Virus record (IMG/VR): IMGVR_UViG_2934470325_000001
Location: 32,001 to 96,000 of that record
Source of the DNA: a virus
Lineage: Duplodnaviria; Caudoviricetes
Length of the DNA: 64,000 bases
Strand: one strand, 5' to 3'
In this document: one piece after another, positions 35,783-44,680 of the stretch
Layout: every line of letters starts with the position of its first letter
How positions within the stretch are numbered: position 1 is the first letter of the stretch
Notes under the pieces: model-generated
What the model was told of the DNA's origin: nothing
Database searches by the model: none
Seen by the model: the letters and a program-made list of their open reading frames with translations, nothing else
Program-made: the position numbers and the translations under genes

Positions 35783-37108
35783 TCACATCGCAACCGTGTT
35801 GAAGTCGATCCCGCTGTCGGTGCCGCGCGGACGCCACTGCAACGGGTCGACGGCGTTCGGCCGCCGCCACGTTCCCTCCGTCGTGTGGACCGCGTACCGC
35901 AGCGCGTCTAGCCCGTGGTCGTCAACCTTGATGGGGGCGTCCAAACCCTGCTGCGCCTTGGTCGCATCCCACGAATACGACGGGAACTCGTCCACCAGCG
36001 CTTTGCACGAACGGTGAACCTTCAACTTGCCCGCAGCCAGCAACGTCGACAACGTGCGGATCCCGTCAGCAACCGCGTTACTAGCCGGCGTAGGAGCCCA
36101 CCCGTCACGCCAAAGCTGCTGCATGAACGACGCCGCCGACGGATCCACCACCACCGCCTCGGGACGAACCCCCACCGGGCCAACTGCGTCACCGGGCGAG
36201 CGGTAGCCGCCGAGCCACTTCCCGAACTCCGCCGAATACTCGGCGTCGGTCAGCGAACGGCGGTGCAGCTTCGAGTCGTACCGGTACTCACTCGCCACGT
36301 ACAGGGTCTGCGACGCATCCATGCCGACCAGCAGCCCGTGGAACGGGTTGGTGGTGCCGTAGTCGATGCCGACGGCGATCCACTTCCAGATCGGCGGGAC
36401 GATGTCGATGACATGCTTGTCGGCGTCCCACATGTCGTAGATCGCGCCCTCGGCCATGCACCACTCGCCGAGCACGAACCGGCGGTAGAACAGGCCGACG
36501 TACTCGGCTTTGATGGCAGCCACATACTCGGGGTCAAGCGCCGGGTTGTCGTCGAGGGTGAAGTGGAAGTTCGCGATACCCAGCTCGGCGGCGCGGAGGA
36601 TGAAGTTCTTCCGCAGCCAGTGGCCCGGCCCATCCGGGTTCGTGGTGATCAAACACTTGGCACCCGGCACGGACAGGCGAGCCAGAAGCTGGTTGAAGAA
36701 CGCCTCCGGGACCAGCGTGCCCTCATCGAGCAACGCCAAGCATGCCGTCAACCCCCGAAGCCGACCCTCAGCGCGCGCATCCGAAGCACCAATCAGGTGC
36801 ACCGTCCGCCCAAGGATCGACGCCGTAGGCGCACCCCTGGTGTGATGCACCAAGTCGGCGACCGGCCCGAACAACGCCGGATCCTGCAACGGCTCCAGAA
36901 TGTTCCGCTCGATCGTCTGCAACGTCCGCCCGCAGATCAGCACCAGCCCCGACGGCGGTGCCTGCGCCACCTGAATGAGGAACGCGACCAGAGACGCAAT
37001 AGTCTTCCCCGACCGGACTGCCCCTGACCAGATCGTCACCCGAGCGTGGGATGAGCCAGCGATCGACAGCACCTGCTTGCGGGACAGCGGCAGCGCATCG
37101 AGGTTCAC
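35783..37108 (-). CDS. terL: Terminase large subunit
   Basis: Walker A GAVRSGKT, LLDEG, TTNPDGPGHW, GIDYGTTNP, VVDPSAASF, DDHGLDALRY. Confidence 0.95.
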   Translation of the reverse strand: MNLDALPLSRKQVLSIAGSSHARVTIWSGAVRSGKTIASLVAFLIQVAQAPPSGLVLICGRTLQTIERNILEPLQDPALFGPVADLVHHTRGAPTASILGRTVHLIGASDARAEGRLRGLTACLALLDEGTLVPEAFFNQLLARLSVPGAKCLITTNPDGPGHWLRKNFILRAAELGIANFHFTLDDNPALDPEYVAAIKAEYVGLFYRRFVLGEWCMAEGAIYDMWDADKHVIDIVPPIWKWIAVGIDYGTTNPFHGLLVGMDASQTLYVASEYRYDSKLHRRSLTDAEYSAEFGKWLGGYRSPGDAVGPVGVRPEAVVVDPSAASFMQQLWRDGWAPTPASNAVADGIRTLSTLLAAGKLKVHRSCKALVDEFPSYSWDATKAQQGLDAPIKVDDHGLDALRYAVHTTEGTWRRPNAVDPLQWRPRGTDSGIDFNTVAM

Positions 37109-37608
37109 GGCTGTTCGCCGACCGCACGGGCAGCGTCGTCTAGGGCCTGCGCGAGCTGACCGAGCATCGACTTCGCGCCCTCAGCGCCCCGGTCGGCGTC
37201 GAACTTCTCCAAGTCCAGATGGCGTTGGATGGAGATGCCGATGGCGACGTACGCCTCTTTGGCGTCCTTGAGCGGCGGCTGTTCGAGGGTGACCAACTCG
37301 GGTCCTTCGATGCCGCGCTCATAGTACTTGTACGTCGACCACGCCCGCTCGCGGAACCGCTCCGCATCGTCGAGTAGCGCGGCGGCAAGTTTGGCCCGAC
37401 GTGACCGGCTGTCCTCTACGACCGCGCGCGTAGCTTTTTCGGTTTGCGACCGGTCGAACGCATCGGTCGCACCGGCCGCTTTGGCGATGTTGGTGACGGT
37501 GCTGACGGACACTTGGTGGTCGCGGGCTATCTGGTTGCGGCCTTTGGTGCCGGCTTTGATGTCGGCGAGGATCGCGGCGCGTGTGGTGTCGGGGATGCGG
37601 GGTGGCAC
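37105..37608 (-). CDS. terS: Terminase small subunit (N-terminal HTH)
   Basis: GRNQIARDHQVSVSTVTNIA HTH; overlaps TerL start; GAGGA RBS. Confidence 0.75.
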   Translation of the reverse strand: MPPRIPDTTRAAILADIKAGTKGRNQIARDHQVSVSTVTNIAKAAGATDAFDRSQTEKATRAVVEDSRSRRAKLAAALLDDAERFRERAWSTYKYYERGIEGPELVTLEQPPLKDAKEAYVAIGISIQRHLDLEKFDADRGAEGAKSMLGQLAQALDDAARAVGEQP

Positions 37609-37698
37609 ACGTCCTCACCTCCGCTCGGCGGGTTGCGGGCGGTGTTCCCGGCCCGGGGCCACCCGCATGTCCGGGCCGGGAACGTCTGTGGGTGTCGG

Positions 37699-38031
37699 TC
37701 AGCGGAAGGTGTCGGTGTCCGGCTCAGTCGGCTCGGTGGGGGTGTCGGAGCCGTCGGCGTCGCCGACCTCCGTGTCGAAGGCGTCGAGCTTGGCGTTGGC
37801 GGCGTCGAGGGCGGCCTGGCCGTCGGGGGTGAGGTTTTCCCGTTCGGCGTTCATGGCGTCGCGGAAGGCGCGGAAGTCGGCGGCGATGTCGTCGACTTTG
37901 GCGGACAGGTTGTTGATCTGCTCGGCTGCGGTGGCCATGGCGGACTCCATTCGGTTGAGTTGGTTGTGTAGGTGGTGGTCGCGCAGGTTGGAGCGCAGCC
38001 AGTCCCAGAGGGTGAGGCGCGGGTGGGTCAC
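37699..38031 (-). CDS. Small acidic coiled-coil protein
   Basis: Heptad pattern; followed by hairpin 37645-37682; alternative start ATG 37938. Confidence 0.65.
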   Translation of the reverse strand: MTHPRLTLWDWLRSNLRDHHLHNQLNRMESAMATAAEQINNLSAKVDDIAADFRAFRDAMNAERENLTPDGQAALDAANAKLDAFDTEVGDADGSDTPTEPTEPDTDTFR

Positions 38032-38249
38032 TGGCTGCTCCTATCTGGGTCGTCGTGTTGGGCTTCGTGGACTTGGGAGGCGGTGAGCAGCGAGGCCGAC
38101 TCGATGATGATGGCTAGGAAGGAGAGGCCGAGTACGACGGGTGGTTCGTCGCGGGCGAGCCAGAACGCGCTGAGGGGCCAGCCGGTGAGGGAGCCGATTA
38201 GCAATGCCCAGGCGGTGATGGTGCGGGCGCGGCGCATGCGGGCGGCCAT
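38028..38249 (-). CDS. Small two-TM membrane protein, first late gene
   Basis: GGGAGG RBS; two hydrophobic helices. Confidence 0.7.
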   Translation of the reverse strand: MAARMRRARTITAWALLIGSLTGWPLSAFWLARDEPPVVLGLSFLAIIIESASLLTASQVHEAQHDDPDRSSQ

Positions 38250-38266
38250 GGGTGCCTCCCGGTATG

Positions 38267-38309
38267 CCGAAAGCCCGCCGAGCGGTGAGGCTCAAGGCGG
38301 GCTTGTCGG
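38267..38309 (-). terminator. Leader terminator upstream of late genes
   Basis: AAGCCCGCC-GAGC / GCTC-GGCGGGCTT stem, ends ...GGCGGGCTTTC on minus strand. Confidence 0.8.
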
Positions 38310-38351
38310 TGGGTCGAAGTTGACCGAAGAGACACTTCGGGTGCTGGCGGG

Positions 38352-38380
38352 AGCGTACATGTTGCGGTTCGCAAGAGCAA
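38352..38380 (-). promoter_or_regulatory. Candidate late promoter
   Basis: Minus strand TTGCTC-17bp-TACGCT; spacer contains inverted repeat TTGCG-AAC-CGCAA. Confidence 0.7.
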
Positions 38381-38815
38381 CTATGTGGTGGCGTGGGTGT
38401 CTTCTGTTTGCCGGTTGTGTTCGCGGGGGCGGCCGTTTTGGAGGTTGCGGAGGTCGCCGACTCGGTATTTCCAGCCGGCCCCGGTTTCGTGGCCGTTGAG
38501 TCTGCCGGCGAGGCGGAGTCGGCGAATGTTGGCGGTGGAGGTGCAGAGGAAGTCGGCGGCGTCGGCGGGGTCGAGTAGGTCGTCGTCTTCTGCGGTGACG
38601 ACTTTCGGGATGACCCAGGTTTCGCCGAACTGTTGGGCGGTGGCGTCGGCGTCGTCGCATGCGTTGGGGTTGAGGGCGCGGAGTCGGGCCCGGTACATCT
38701 GGGCGATTTTGCGGGCGCGGACCAAGGGGTTGTCGCCAGGGTGGGGCCACCGGTTACGTCCGGGCTGCCGGTCGAGTTCGGGGTTCACGCGGCGGCTCCG
38801 GCGCGTTGCGGCCAC
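38381..38815 (-). CDS. HTH DNA-binding protein (candidate late regulator)
   Basis: LLDPADAADFLCTSTANIRRLRLAGRL...WKYRVGDL MerR/Xis-like winged HTH. Confidence 0.75.
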   Translation of the reverse strand: MAATRRSRRVNPELDRQPGRNRWPHPGDNPLVRARKIAQMYRARLRALNPNACDDADATAQQFGETWVIPKVVTAEDDDLLDPADAADFLCTSTANIRRLRLAGRLNGHETGAGWKYRVGDLRNLQNGRPREHNRQTEDTHATT

Positions 38816-39525
38816 ACGAGGTTGGTGACGTACTGCTGGTAGTCGTCGTGGGGCCAGGTGGTGTGGCAGTTGTTGCAGTACACGTCGCAGGGGTCACCTT
38901 CGTGGCGGGGGTCGTCGCGGTGGAGTTCGTCGAGTCCGCAGCCGGAGCAGGTGCCGGGTAGGTGGGTGGTGCGGTGGGTGCGGCCGAGCATGCCGCGTGC
39001 GCGTTGGTGGAGGTGCTGTAGGTGGTGGATGGCTTCCCAGCCGGCGACGGCGGTGATGGTGTCTTCGCAGCCGGTGGGGTACACGTCGGTGTCTGCGAGG
39101 TTGGCGAGCTGGCGGAGGCGTGGGGTGAGGATGGTGATGGCTTGTTGGAGGGCGGCTCCGGGCCGTGGGGGGTGGTCGGGCTGCCAGGTGGAGAGGCCGC
39201 AGTGGTCGCGGATGACTTCTTCCCACGTGGTGGTGACGTGCACGATTTCTGCCTGTAGGGCTTCGGCGGCACCGTTCAACGGCATGGGGGGTGCGGCTTT
39301 GCCGGTGGGCTGCATGTGGATGGCCTGTGACAGGCTGGGGGCTTGGAGTTGTTCGAGGTCGACGTAGTCGTAGACGAGCGCCCGGATGTCGCGTTCAGCG
39401 GCGGTGAGGCAGGCGTCGCAGAGGGGCCCGCTGGTGGTGTCTGCGGGCAGGCGGGTGGTCGGCGTCCAGGCGCGGCACCGGGTGTCGGAGACGCAGTGTC
39501 CGGTGGTGGGGGTGGTGTCGTGCAT
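38785..39525 (-). CDS. Zn-finger protein (candidate late activator/antiterminator partner)
   Basis: GGAGA RBS; C..C..LCDAC at N-terminus, CSGC...CNNC at C-terminus. Confidence 0.75.
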   Translation of the reverse strand: MHDTTPTTGHCVSDTRCRAWTPTTRLPADTTSGPLCDACLTAAERDIRALVYDYVDLEQLQAPSLSQAIHMQPTGKAAPPMPLNGAAEALQAEIVHVTTTWEEVIRDHCGLSTWQPDHPPRPGAALQQAITILTPRLRQLANLADTDVYPTGCEDTITAVAGWEAIHHLQHLHQRARGMLGRTHRTTHLPGTCSGCGLDELHRDDPRHEGDPCDVYCNNCHTTWPHDDYQQYVTNLVWPQRAGAAA

Positions 39526-39627
39526 GTGGGTGGTCTCCGTTCACGTGGGTACGATCGCGGTGACCTTCACGCGGGGGCGTGGTGGCTTGTTGGCGGCGGT
39601 CGGGTGAGGGTCCGGCCGCCGTCGCCG

Positions 39628-40362
39628 TCAGGTGATGTTGAGGTCCCGGAAGATGCGCTGAGGATCGACGACGGTCCAGATCGGCGCGGTGAGAAGCCGT
39701 TGCACCTCGTTTTCCTGGCCTGTTGGCGGCTGTGGCGGCGTGGCCGGGGTGGCAAGTAGACGTGTCGGGTAGCCCATGACGTCGGCCCACGGGTCGTCGG
39801 GGTCGTTTCGGTCACCGATGCCGAGGATGCCGGCGATTTCGCTGGCGGACATGAGCTGTTCGTTGACCCATCGGTCCAATGCCTCGATCGGCAAGGTGCA
39901 GCGCGCCGGGTGGTCGTCTGGTTCGAGGTGGCGGGTGTTGCCGAGCTCCCGTTCGAGCCGCGCCCATCTGTCCCGCATCAGCGCCGTGAAGTCAGCGGCG
40001 TCGAATAGTTCGTCTTCGGTGATGTCGAGTCCGACGTAGCGGTGTCCGTCGTCGAGGCGGAGATGCCACATGCCGGGCCGGTCGCGGTGCTTGTACACGT
40101 TGGCGTTGTGGGGGCCGGTGTATCCGCCGTGTGGGTCGCCGAATGCGGTGGCGGGGATCAGGTGGCTGTCGTCGGTGGCGGTGACGAGGTCGGGTCGCCA
40201 GCGCATGGGTGTGGCGTAGTGGCCATTTGTGCTGGTGTCGGTGTCTTCGGCGATGTGTGTGGGTTCGCAGTCGGCCGAGCAGTAGGGAGAGCCGGTGCGG
40301 GGTGCCGCTCCGCACGGGCACAGGTTGTGGAGGGTGGCGTCGATGCGGTCGAGGATGCTCAT
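39628..40362 (-). CDS. Hypothetical protein with N-terminal CxC..CxxxC motif
   Basis: GGAGA RBS, ATG 40362; LCPCG..SPYCSADC. Confidence 0.7.
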   Translation of the reverse strand: MSILDRIDATLHNLCPCGAAPRTGSPYCSADCEPTHIAEDTDTSTNGHYATPMRWRPDLVTATDDSHLIPATAFGDPHGGYTGPHNANVYKHRDRPGMWHLRLDDGHRYVGLDITEDELFDAADFTALMRDRWARLERELGNTRHLEPDDHPARCTLPIEALDRWVNEQLMSASEIAGILGIGDRNDPDDPWADVMGYPTRLLATPATPPQPPTGQENEVQRLLTAPIWTVVDPQRIFRDLNIT

Positions 40363-40375
40363 GGTGTCTCCAGGG

Positions 40376-40570
40376 CTACCGGGGTGGCAGGCCAGACCTG
40401 ATGCGGGTAAGCCGTAGTTGATGTGCCGCCTCGTTGCGCGCTGTGTCTGCCTTGAAGTATGCAAACAGGGCGCAGAAGAGGAACCCCCACACCCCGAGGA
40501 ACAGCAGGGTGAAGACGGTGAGGGTGACGGCCAGCCAGATCGGCATTCCGGGCAGAACTTCCGCGTTCAC
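40376..40570 (-). CDS. Small single-TM protein
   Basis: GGAGG RBS, GTGA overlap; long hydrophobic run. Confidence 0.6.
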   Translation of the reverse strand: MNAEVLPGMPIWLAVTLTVFTLLFLGVWGFLFCALFAYFKADTARNEAAHQLRLTRIRSGLPPR

Positions 40571-40764
40571 TGCGCCTCCATGATTCGCCGCCAGGTGGTG
40601 TGGCTGTCGGCAGTGAGCTGTTCGGGGGTGGGCGGTGTGGTGGCGTGCTGGTGGTCGCCGGGCGGCCAGTTGTAGATGAGGTTGGGGTGTGGTTTGCCGA
40701 GCTGCCAGTCTTCGATTACCGCGTCGGGGGTGGCCCCGCACCACCAGCAGCGGGCCTCGGTCAC
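40567..40764 (-). CDS. Small hypothetical protein (CWWC)
   Basis: GTGA overlaps at both ends. Confidence 0.6.
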   Translation of the reverse strand: MTEARCWWCGATPDAVIEDWQLGKPHPNLIYNWPPGDHQHATTPPTPEQLTADSHTTWRRIMEAQ

Positions 40765-40997
40765 GGCGTCGAACCGCTGCGAGGTGCGCCTTGGGCCACC
40801 TGTCGGGCTCGGTTCCGCCGGTAGGCGTGATGGCCGAACAGGGCGGTAGCGACCGTGTAGGTGAGGACGATTGCCCACGTCGGGGGATGCACGATCCATG
40901 CCCACAGGGCCAGTAGGGTTGCCATGGCCAGGTACAGCACAGTGAGTGCCGCGATTCTTGGGCTGTTGTCTCGCAGCCAGAGGCGGGTGTTGGTCAC
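40761..40997 (-). CDS. Small two-TM protein
   Basis: GTGA overlap; two hydrophobic helices. Confidence 0.6.
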   Translation of the reverse strand: MTNTRLWLRDNSPRIAALTVLYLAMATLLALWAWIVHPPTWAIVLTYTVATALFGHHAYRRNRARQVAQGAPRSGSTP

Positions 40998-41440
40998 TGT
41001 GGGCTCCATTCGGGTCGGTATCCGGGCTCGGTCGAGAATGCGGCGGCGACAGTGCGGACGGTCGGGCAGGGCCACAGTCCGTCGACTGGGTCATCGCAGG
41101 CGAGGCCGCTATCCGAGTGGCACAGTTCGTCGCAGTGTTCGCACTGGGTCACGGCGGGCCGATACATGACTTTGTCGACCGCCGAGTATGCGGCGGGCAG
41201 GGCGCGAGGTGCGTGCAGTTCGAGGATGCGCCGCTGGGCGTCGAGTTCGGCGAGCCGTTCCCGGCAGACCCGTTCCACGGCGGGCCAGTCGTGCCAGCCG
41301 GGGATGTACTTGCCCAGCAGCTTCGGGTCTTTCAGGGTGAGGGTTGTCTGCTGCGCCCAGTAGAGGAGTTCCCGGGTGCGGGTTTCGGCCGCCGTGATCT
41401 GCTGGCCGAGCCACACGTGCAGTTCGTCGGTCGCGGTCAT
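40994..41440 (-). CDS. DUF6221-like protein (paralog 1)
   Basis: WLGQQI...LAELDAQRRILELH...WPCPTVRTVAAAF..PGYRPEW. Confidence 0.75.
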   Translation of the reverse strand: MTATDELHVWLGQQITAAETRTRELLYWAQQTTLTLKDPKLLGKYIPGWHDWPAVERVCRERLAELDAQRRILELHAPRALPAAYSAVDKVMYRPAVTQCEHCDELCHSDSGLACDDPVDGLWPCPTVRTVAAAFSTEPGYRPEWSPQ

Positions 41441-41631
41441 CGTCCGTCCATCCAGCGCATGAAACCGGCGATGCTGTAGAGCAGCGTGCCGCCGATTGCG
41501 GCACCGATGATGGCCGGTGTGACATCGAAGGCGACGCCGAAGAGTGCAATGGGCACGCTGGTGGCGGTGGCGACGATGGCGAGTTCCCCCGATGGGCTGA
41601 TACGGGACTGGTTCGGGGTGGGGTGGGTCAT
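41437..41631 (-). CDS. Small two-TM protein
   Basis: GAGGAG RBS, ATGA overlap; hydrophobic. Confidence 0.6.
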   Translation of the reverse strand: MTHPTPNQSRISPSGELAIVATATSVPIALFGVAFDVTPAIIGAAIGGTLLYSIAGFMRWMDGR

Positions 41632-42047
41632 GGTCGCCACTCCTCTCGGTAGCCCTCCCTGTCAGCGTGCGGCAGGGCGAGCGTTTTCAGCAGCAATTCC
41701 GAAGCGCTTGGGTTCGGGTAGTTGGAGAACTCCTGCCAGATCGTCTCTTCGAGCTTGACGGCCTCCGGGTACACGGTGTCAAGGATGCGCCGCGTGGCTT
41801 CCACCTCGGCCAGGGCGCTAGCCGGGTCGTTGTCGGCGATGTGTTCGGCGGTGGCTTCACCGAGGCTGCCCCATCCGGCGGCGTCTGCGACGGGGTTGCT
41901 GTCGATGGGGTTGGCTGGTCCGACGCTGCCGTGGCGTGCTTCCCAGTGGAGCCCGGTGTTGCCGGGGTATTCGGCGGCTGCGGCTCGGGCGCGTGCTTCG
42001 CGAGCGTCGAGCTGGGCGTGCAGCCAGACGATCAGTGCGTCGAGCAT
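41628..42047 (-). CDS. DUF6221-like protein (paralog 2)
   Basis: WLHAQLD..ARAA...HIADNDPASALAEVEATRRIL...LALPHADREGYREEWRP. Confidence 0.8.
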   Translation of the reverse strand: MLDALIVWLHAQLDAREARARAAAAEYPGNTGLHWEARHGSVGPANPIDSNPVADAAGWGSLGEATAEHIADNDPASALAEVEATRRILDTVYPEAVKLEETIWQEFSNYPNPSASELLLKTLALPHADREGYREEWRP

Positions 42048-42340
42048 CGCTCTGCCCTGCCCGTGAACGTCAGCCGGTGAGCGATCGTCTCTGGTGGGCG
42101 GACTGCCATCGGCACGGTCACCTTGTCGCACAGCACCGTGTCCCCGTCGACCACCATGTTGCTGTCGCGGCGTACGAAGCGGTCGGTGGTGATGGTGCCG
42201 GCGTTCTCGTCAACGGTGATGGTGGCGTCTACGGGGATGTCTTCGGGGTTGAGGTTGTTGGCGGTCAGCCAGTCGAGTAGGGCGGGGCGGAGCGGATAGT
42301 TGGGCTGCTCGAACAGCCACACCGCGTGGTCGTTGGTCAT
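42032..42340 (-). CDS. Hypothetical protein, paralogous to C-half of 11489..11989
   Basis: LLDWLTANNLNPEDIP; ATGA overlap. Confidence 0.7.
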   Translation of the reverse strand: MTNDHAVWLFEQPNYPLRPALLDWLTANNLNPEDIPVDATITVDENAGTITTDRFVRRDSNMVVDGDTVLCDKVTVPMAVRPPETIAHRLTFTGRAERCSTH

Positions 42341-42762
42341 GGCTGGCTCCACATTTCCTGGTAGCCGGGGCGGTCGTCGTACACGGCGGCTAGTGCGTGC
42401 CGTTCAGGGCAGTCGTTGACGTTCCCCACAACGGGGTCGTCGCAGTCGCCTTCGTAGCCGCAGCCGTGGCAGCAGTCATCGAACGTGCCGCCTGGCTGGC
42501 CGGTGATGTCGGCGCGTCGTCGGTGGATGGCGAGGATGCGCCGTTTGAGCCCAGCTTCACGCAGGGCGCGGTTCGGGTCGTTGAGGACCATGTGTTCGGC
42601 TGCACCTTCGATGTACACCCAGTCGACCACGTCGTCCGTCGAGCTGCCGGAGCGGATGGTGCCATCGAGGGTCCACGTGCGGTCTTTCTCAGGCACTCTG
42701 AGGGCGGTGCGTTCATCTTCGTCTATTTGCGCGTGAAGCCACGCCGCCTGCTCGTCGGTCAC
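42337..42762 (-). CDS. DUF6221-like protein (paralog 3)
   Basis: WLHAQIDEDERTA...HMVLNDPNRALRE..KRRILAIH...LAAVYDDRPGYQEMW. Confidence 0.8.
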   Translation of the reverse strand: MTDEQAAWLHAQIDEDERTALRVPEKDRTWTLDGTIRSGSSTDDVVDWVYIEGAAEHMVLNDPNRALREAGLKRRILAIHRRRADITGQPGGTFDDCCHGCGYEGDCDDPVVGNVNDCPERHALAAVYDDRPGYQEMWSQP

Positions 42763-43034
42763 TGCGCCTCCGATCGGGACGCGCCGATCACGGGTACGGG
42801 CTCCGGCACTTCCTCCGGTTCGCGGGTGGTGCCGTAGCCGCCCCAGCCGTATTCCATGCCCTCCGGTGGCGGGCCGGGGCAGGTCTGCTTCCAGCCGTCC
42901 GGCCAGCAGTGTTCGCAGAAGAAGAACCCGCACACGGTGCAGCAGGGCCCGTTGTGGCCTCGCCCTTCAAACTCAACATCGTGGGCGAAGTTGTCGGGGC
43001 GGCCCTTGGCGTCGGTCTGCCAGGTGTGGCTCAT
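42759..43034 (-). CDS. Small Cys-rich protein
   Basis: HNGPCCTVCGFFFCEHC; GAGGA RBS. Confidence 0.65.
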   Translation of the reverse strand: MSHTWQTDAKGRPDNFAHDVEFEGRGHNGPCCTVCGFFFCEHCWPDGWKQTCPGPPPEGMEYGWGGYGTTREPEEVPEPVPVIGASRSEAQ

Positions 43035-43219
43035 GGTCGCCATCCTCGTTTCCAGTGCCGCAGCGCGTATGCGAGCAGGATGCGGATCATCTCGGAGCGG
43101 TTGGGGTTGCCGTGGCGGTCGAGGACGCCTTCGTCGTGGGCGAGTTGTTCGAGTATGCCGATGGCGGGTTTCGACGCCCGGAAGTAGACGGGTTGGCGTT
43201 CTTTCCCGCCGGTGGACAT
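43031..43219 (-). CDS. Ribbon-helix-helix DNA-binding protein
   Basis: PVYFRA strand, ILEQLAHDEG, NRSEMIRILL; GGGAGG RBS. Confidence 0.7.
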   Translation of the reverse strand: MSTGGKERQPVYFRASKPAIGILEQLAHDEGVLDRHGNPNRSEMIRILLAYALRHWKRGWRP

Positions 43220-43231
43220 AGGGCACCTCCC

Positions 43232-43252
43232 GTTCACATTTTACCAGTTCAG
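43232..43252 (-). promoter_or_regulatory. Extended -10 promoter in front of the RHH gene
   Basis: Minus strand TGG-TAAAAT (43246-43238), flanked by a TGAAC direct repeat. Confidence 0.6.
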
Positions 43253-43258
43253 CACGCG

Positions 43259-43501
43259 TTACAGATCATGGTGGGGGCTGTTGTTGGGTGCCTTTTCTGG
43301 GCTGTTTTCGTGGGCGGCGTCGAACAGGTCGGGGCCGGTCTGTCCCGGCGTGCGGGGTCGGGGGATGCGGGGTGGGAGTACACCGCGCTGCCGGGCGCAC
43401 GTCTCCCCGAGGCCGTCGTGCAGCACACCGGTGGGGACTGGGCGGTGGCAGCATCGGCATCGGGCAGGCTGGGGTGCGCCCGGCAGCAGCGGCAAGGTCA
43501 T
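43259..43501 (-). CDS. Small Zn-binding protein
   Basis: CRCCHRP...GLGETCAR motif. Confidence 0.6.
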   Translation of the reverse strand: MTLPLLPGAPQPARCRCCHRPVPTGVLHDGLGETCARQRGVLPPRIPRPRTPGQTGPDLFDAAHENSPEKAPNNSPHHDL

Positions 43502-43505
43502 CGGT

Positions 43506-43991
43506 TCAGAGCGTCTGTGCGGGGTTGGGGGTGGCCTCGGGTGCCGGGGCGGCGCGTTCGGCCGCCACAGGCGCGCTCAGCGGGCCGGCGGTGGCGTCGA
43601 ACATGTTCACGACCCGCTGCCAGCGGGCAAAAGCCTCCTCATGGTCGTGAACGGTGACGGTCAACGGTGTCACCTCAAAGCGTTCGCCGCGCACGATCGC
43701 CGCGCGGCTGGGTATCCGCACGGTGTTGGTGGCGAGCCACTGGTTGTGCACGTCGGCAATGTGTTCGGCGATCTCCCGGGACCACACCATGTCCGCAGCG
43801 ATCACGCCACCGGATGCGAGTGTGCGACCGTCGGTGGTGACAGCCCAGCCGCCGATCTCGTTGTTGGGGACAGCCGTCCAGGCGGCGGCGAGCATGTGGG
43901 TGGTGCGGTCGTCTGTGTGCTGTGTCTGGGCGAGTCGGCAGCCGTCCCCGTTGAGGGGTAGGCAGATCGCGTGCGAACAGCCGTCGGTCAC
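43506..43991 (-). CDS. Hypothetical phage protein
   Basis: GGAGG RBS, GTGA overlap; AEHIADVHN motif. Confidence 0.65.
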   Translation of the reverse strand: MTDGCSHAICLPLNGDGCRLAQTQHTDDRTTHMLAAAWTAVPNNEIGGWAVTTDGRTLASGGVIAADMVWSREIAEHIADVHNQWLATNTVRIPSRAAIVRGERFEVTPLTVTVHDHEEAFARWQRVVNMFDATAGPLSAPVAAERAAPAPEATPNPAQTL

Positions 43992-44359
43992 GGGGTCACC
44001 TCCGGAATGGGTTCGATCTCGTGTTCGGGCACGCCGAGCATCGCGGCAACGTCCTCCCCGGCGGCTTCGAGCCCTCGCGCGAACGCCCGGTGCATGGCGG
44101 CTTGCCGCTTGTCGCGGGCGTCACCGGTCTTGGCGCGTTCCTGCGACCGCTGGTAGGTGTTGGCGGCCCGGTATTCGTCGGCGTGCCGCCGCAGATGCCA
44201 GTACAGGTGGGTGAGGGTGGCCGTGTAGGCGGCGTCGGCTGCCGCCCGGAAGCCTTCACCGGTGCCGAGCCCTTCGCGGTCGACGTACGCGTCATGAGTG
44301 GCGGCGTGGATCGCCTCGGGGGCGGTCGCGCGCAGCGGCGTGGTGGCGTTGTCGGTCAC
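43988..44359 (-). CDS. Hypothetical phage protein
   Basis: GTGA-coupled; helical. Confidence 0.6.
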   Translation of the reverse strand: MTDNATTPLRATAPEAIHAATHDAYVDREGLGTGEGFRAAADAAYTATLTHLYWHLRRHADEYRAANTYQRSQERAKTGDARDKRQAAMHRAFARGLEAAGEDVAAMLGVPEHEIEPIPEVTP

Positions 44360-44670
44360 GGCTGCACCTGCGCCGGCATCGCATCCGCCCCGAAGACCTC
44401 GCCGAGATGCGCAACCTGCTCGGCCCGGCTGCGCGGGTCGTTCTCGCAGTTCCACAACATGACGTGCTCGGGCCGCTCGGCGTGGATGTTGATGAGGGCA
44501 AAGAACCGGTAGCCGATCTCCTTGCCGAGCAGCCAGCAGGGAATGTGGATGTTGTCTCGGGCGAACGTGACCTGGTCGAAGTCAGTGGCGGGGATGATCA
44601 GGGTGATCGTGTTGTCGTCGATGGCGGCGAGGCGGACCACGGTGCGGTAGAGCGCGTTGGAGTCGGTCAT
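44356..44670 (-). CDS. Hypothetical phage protein
   Basis: GAGGAGA RBS. Confidence 0.65.
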   Translation of the reverse strand: MTDSNALYRTVVRLAAIDDNTITLIIPATDFDQVTFARDNIHIPCWLLGKEIGYRFFALINIHAERPEHVMLWNCENDPRSRAEQVAHLGEVFGADAMPAQVQP

Positions 44671-44680
44671 GGGTGTCTCC

